Shown here in pieces: positions 46,480-50,100 of a stretch of 50,100 bases of DNA. The position numbers and the translations under genes were made by a program. The notes under the pieces were generated by a model. It ran no database searches, had not been told where the DNA came from, and worked only from the letters and a program-made list of their open reading frames with translations. Origin of the DNA: Octopus bimaculoides. Taxonomy: Eukaryota. Within the stretch, counting starts at the first letter, position 1, and every line of letters starts with the position of its first letter. The stretch spans positions 36,530,383-36,580,482 of the forward strand of contig NC_068988.1 of assembly GCF_001194135.2 (NCBI RefSeq). The letters are read 5' to 3'.

Positions 46480-47200
46480 GGAAAGATGTGAGTATAAATG
46501 GTGAGTGTTTTTAAGTATCTGGAATCACATGTGACAGCGGAAGGGGGTTGACTGAGGATGTGGGACTTAGAGTGAGGGAGGTAAGATACTTGGAGTTATG
46601 AAAGGTATGAGATAAAAGGTTAAGTATGAAAGCGAAAAGAGGTGTGCATGAGGGCGTGATCGTGCCGACAATGTTATATGGTGCAGAGAGAGGCGGAAAG
46701 GAAGCGACTAGATGTGTTTAAGATGAGATAACTGGGAGCTATGATTGCTGTGACACGGATGAACAGGATGAGGAAGGAGGAATGAGGAAGATGAGCAAGA
46801 ATGCGAGAAAAACTAAAACCACATTGGATAGACGAATGTTGAGGTGGTTTAGCCACATGAGGATGGATGAGGAGAGGATAGTAAGAAGGGTGATGAAGGC
46901 TGTAGTAGTAGGCAGCAGAATCAGAGGCAGACCTCGGTCTATGAGGATGGATGGAGTCAGGAAATTTTTGGTGGCAGAGGTGTTGGAGTGAGAGAGGCAA
47001 GAGAGTTTATAAATGATAGGAAAGCTTGGAGAGTGTTTGTGGACGAATGAGTGAATTGTAAATGTTGCTCAAAGGGGTACGCACCCAGGATGATGTGGCG
47101 GGGTAAACTAATATATGCTGTCGGGCCATGCTACAGACGTTAGAGGTTGCATTCTATGCCTTGACCCGTGCAGAGAACGGGGCTCGCCTCTTTGAGCTAG
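46480..47200 (+). mobile_element. RTE-clade LINE 3' end (RT C-terminus plus 3' UTR), decayed
   Basis: Frameshifted FKYL.SHVTAEG, SMKAKRGVHEGVIVPTMLYGAE, LDRRMLRWFSHM.RMDEERIVRRVMKAVVVGSRIRGRPR..MDGVRK, DRKAWRVFV. Confidence 0.88.
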
Positions 47201-48183
47201 GAAATGAATGGAATGCTGATGTGTGTCATGTTATGGCTACCCCCTCCTAAAAAAATATGGGAAATATGCCTGCATATATGTATGCATATATATATATATA
47301 AATATATATNNNNNNNNNNNNNNNNNNNNNNNNNNNNNNNNNNNNNNNNNNNNNNNNNNNNNNNNNNNNNNNNNNNNNNNNNNNNNNNNNNNNNNNNNNN
47401 NNNNNNNNNNNNNNNNNNNNNNNNNNNNNNNNNNNNNNNNNNNNNNNNNNNNNNNNNNNNNNNNNNNNNNNNNNNNNNNNNNNNNNNNNNNNNNNNNNNN
47501 NNNNNNNNNNNNNNNNNNNNNNNNNNNNNTATATATATGCATACACACACACACACACATATATACTAATCAGAGAGTAAATACATGTTTAGGGACAAGG
47601 CACTAGATAAAAATCAGAGAACAAACGGATTAAAATGATACGTCGCTTCATGTTTGATACTAACGGTATGAGAGCGTCTATGCGTGTGCTTGTGTGCGCG
47701 TGTATATATATGTGCTTCTATTGTTATTAGTTTTTATTCTACAGAGTACATGCTGATTGAAATAGAATGTAATTGGTTGTTAACACAATAGACATATGTT
47801 CTTTTCACATAATTATGGAAAGGACGGAGTATAAATTACGCGTATAAATAAGTGTTTAGTTCTTGGATTATAACTGTAACCTAAGCCTGGGTCAATGCGA
47901 CGTTATGTAAAATGGTAATGTCCAATGACGTATGCAGTGTTATCGATCCTGTGACTTGTTTTGTGAGGAATGTCCATCTAAAAACCTATGCAAACTTGTA
48001 TACATATACACATATGTACCTAAAGACGTAATGCTTATAAGCATATGTATGTATACATAAATATGTATACATATCTATATAAGTCCATTTATATATGGAT
48101 GTATATAATTGTATTGATATATACAAATATATAAATATATATATTTCCTTTTTCAAGAAAATTACTCTCCCAGACACAACTAA

Positions 48184-48238
<55 letters not shown>

Positions 48239-48792
48239 CATATTTACGAATATATAAACAGAGAAAACCGCTTATGTAAATACACACATTTAACTTACAA
48301 ATATATAAATTTAATAATGGCGCTGTTATACATATAAATTACTGTATATCTTGTAATGTAAGTGATTCAGACCCTACTTATAAATATGTATTCTCAAAAC
48401 CATACGTAAATACACGATTACATAACACTAGCAGACTTTCGTTCATAGTCAAACACATAACCAGGATATACGCACACAAACCCGCGCCTACGCACATATA
48501 TATTTTCTTCTTCCATTCCATCTGATGTTACGTTTGTTTAAGAATGATTTACACTTGTTTATATTCCATTATATTCGCCAAATACTTTACTTGTCAATAA
48601 TAGTTTTCCTTCCTAGTTTGTTCTTTATCGCTTTCCTTTCAATTATATATATTTTATTGTAATATGTATCACATATTTCTGCATTCATTCTTTCCATTAT
48701 AATAATGCTTTCCGTTTTAGTGTTTAGATTTAGTTATTTGATATAACTTTATCCATGTTTTTTTGTATAGTTTCCTTTTTTCAATATTTACA

Positions 48793-48861
<69 letters not shown>

Positions 48862-49143
48862 NNNNNNNNNNNNNNNNNNNNNNNNNNNNNNNNNNNNNNN
48901 NNNNNNNNNNNNNNNNNNNNNNNNNNNNNNNNNNNNNNNNNNNNNNNNNNNNNNNNNNNNNNNNNNNNNNNNNNNNNNNNNNNNNNNNNNNNNNNNNNNN
49001 NNNNNNNNNNNNNNNNNNNNNNNNNNNNNNNNNNNNNNNNNNNNNNNNNNNNNNNNNNNNNNNNNNNNNNNNNNNNNNNNNNNNNNNNNNNNNNNNNNNN
49101 NNNNNNNNNNNNNNNNNNNNNNNNNNNNNNNNNNNNNNNNNNN

Positions 49144-49186
<43 letters not shown>

Positions 49187-49439
49187 ATATATATTCAATT
49201 ATTTGAAATATTTTACAGTAAACTGTGAATCAAATACAATTATTTATTAAAGAGATATTTCGTTCTTTCACTCTACATATTTATCTAATGCCTTAAAGGG
49301 AGTGCATTACTTCAAGGTTTCGCAGTATAATCTTCTATCAGTTTAATTTAAAATATCATTTTAAATAAAGAAACGAATGGACCTTCCATATCTATGTTCT
49401 AAAAATTACTTCATATAGAGACATGTATTCTTTGACGCA

Positions 49440-49670
49440 TCAGATACAATTTGAATATAAAATCGTGCTTGCACAAATTCGCAAGGTCTATTGTTATCAA
49501 CACAGTTTCCAGCATGCTAGTGTCTGAGTTAACGCGTTTCGGGAAGCTGAGAGTGAGAAATTTCCTGAAAACAATACCGATTTCTGTTTTTGTTCAGAAA
49601 CTCCAATTTCTTCTTTATGTGGGCAACGTTTTTGCCTTCGTCGATATTCTTTGTGGCAAAAATATTCATA
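49440..49670 (-). mobile_element. Possible hAT transposase mid-region relic
   Basis: NIFATKNIDEGKNVAHIKKKLEFLNKNRNRYCFQEISHS resembles NIF..DK..AFKKKL.FW..F of Charlie/Buster proteins. Weak. Confidence 0.3.
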
Positions 49671-49681
49671 CATATGTTGTA

Positions 49682-49860
49682 ATCTGATGCGAGAGCTTGC
49701 TTCCCAACTACATGCTTCCAGATCGAATCCCACTGTGTGGTACCTTGTATGGCATCGGTTCGGCCAAAGCCTTGTGAGTGGGTTTCGTAGACGGAAACTG
49801 AATGAGATCCTTTGTGTGTGTATATATATGTGTGTGTATATATATATATATATATATAAC
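49682..49860 (+). mobile_element. SINE family B 5' part
   Basis: gagcttgcttcccaactacatgcttccagatcgaatcccactgtgtggtaccttg..ggccaaagccttgtgagtgggtttcgtagacggaaactg, running into a TG/TA microsatellite. Confidence 0.85.
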
Positions 49861-50100
49861 AATATATTATAAATTAACTACCAACAAAAATAATTGGTAA
49901 GCTAACTTATTCGTACATCTGTTCATATACATGTGCAAGTGTATATACATATGCATGGGTATACGTGGAAAAATGTGTGTATTTATGTGTATGTATGTAT
50001 ATGTGTGTGTATATGGGTATATGGGTATGTGTATGTACATGTATGTGTGTATGTATATATATGTGTGTATGTACTTATATGTAGATATGTATGTGTATAT

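Noticed and set aside
49531-49540. GAAACGCGTT on the minus strand, the palindromic helix III signature of minimal hammerheads
   Set aside because: No CUGANGA or UUGANAA core and no helix II upstream; chance match within a possible hAT relic.
1706-49872. Most ORFs in the supplied track (YIYI, CVCV, THTH, ERER, poly-Ile and poly-X proteins)
   Set aside because: They are translations of dinucleotide or trinucleotide microsatellites or N-gaps, not genes.

Overview
AT-rich animal genomic DNA from a gapped draft assembly; almost every N-run abuts a (TA)n, (CA)n or (GA)n microsatellite. The two abundant tRNA-derived SINE families, the microsatellite load and the TE mix suggest an octopod cephalopod (inference; no taxonomic marker present). 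I find no intact host protein-coding gene; nearly all listed ORFs are microsatellite or N artefacts, or TE antisense frames. The window is a transposon graveyard: five decayed mariner transposases (one near full length with TIRs), two R4/Dong-type non-LTR fragments (one embedded in (TAA)n), a Penelope-like element (PLE) with a GIY-YIG domain, an RTE LINE 3' end, a hAT relic carrying a nested non-autonomous piggyBac, a MITE and about 16 SINE copies. The main finding is a ~460-bp non-coding element at 11540-11999. It has a minimal type I hammerhead ribozyme fold with a compensatory U3-A8 core, inside a ~359-nt monomer whose terminal redundancy is partly direct (28 nt) and partly inverted (77 nt, 75/77 identical). 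This suggests a candidate retrozyme or small circular-RNA retroelement mobilised by PLEs. Secondary highlights: a triplicated fold-back repeat with outward-facing splice donors around a perfect RFX X-box (40700-41310), and a piggyBac inserted into a perfect 18-bp-arm hairpin.
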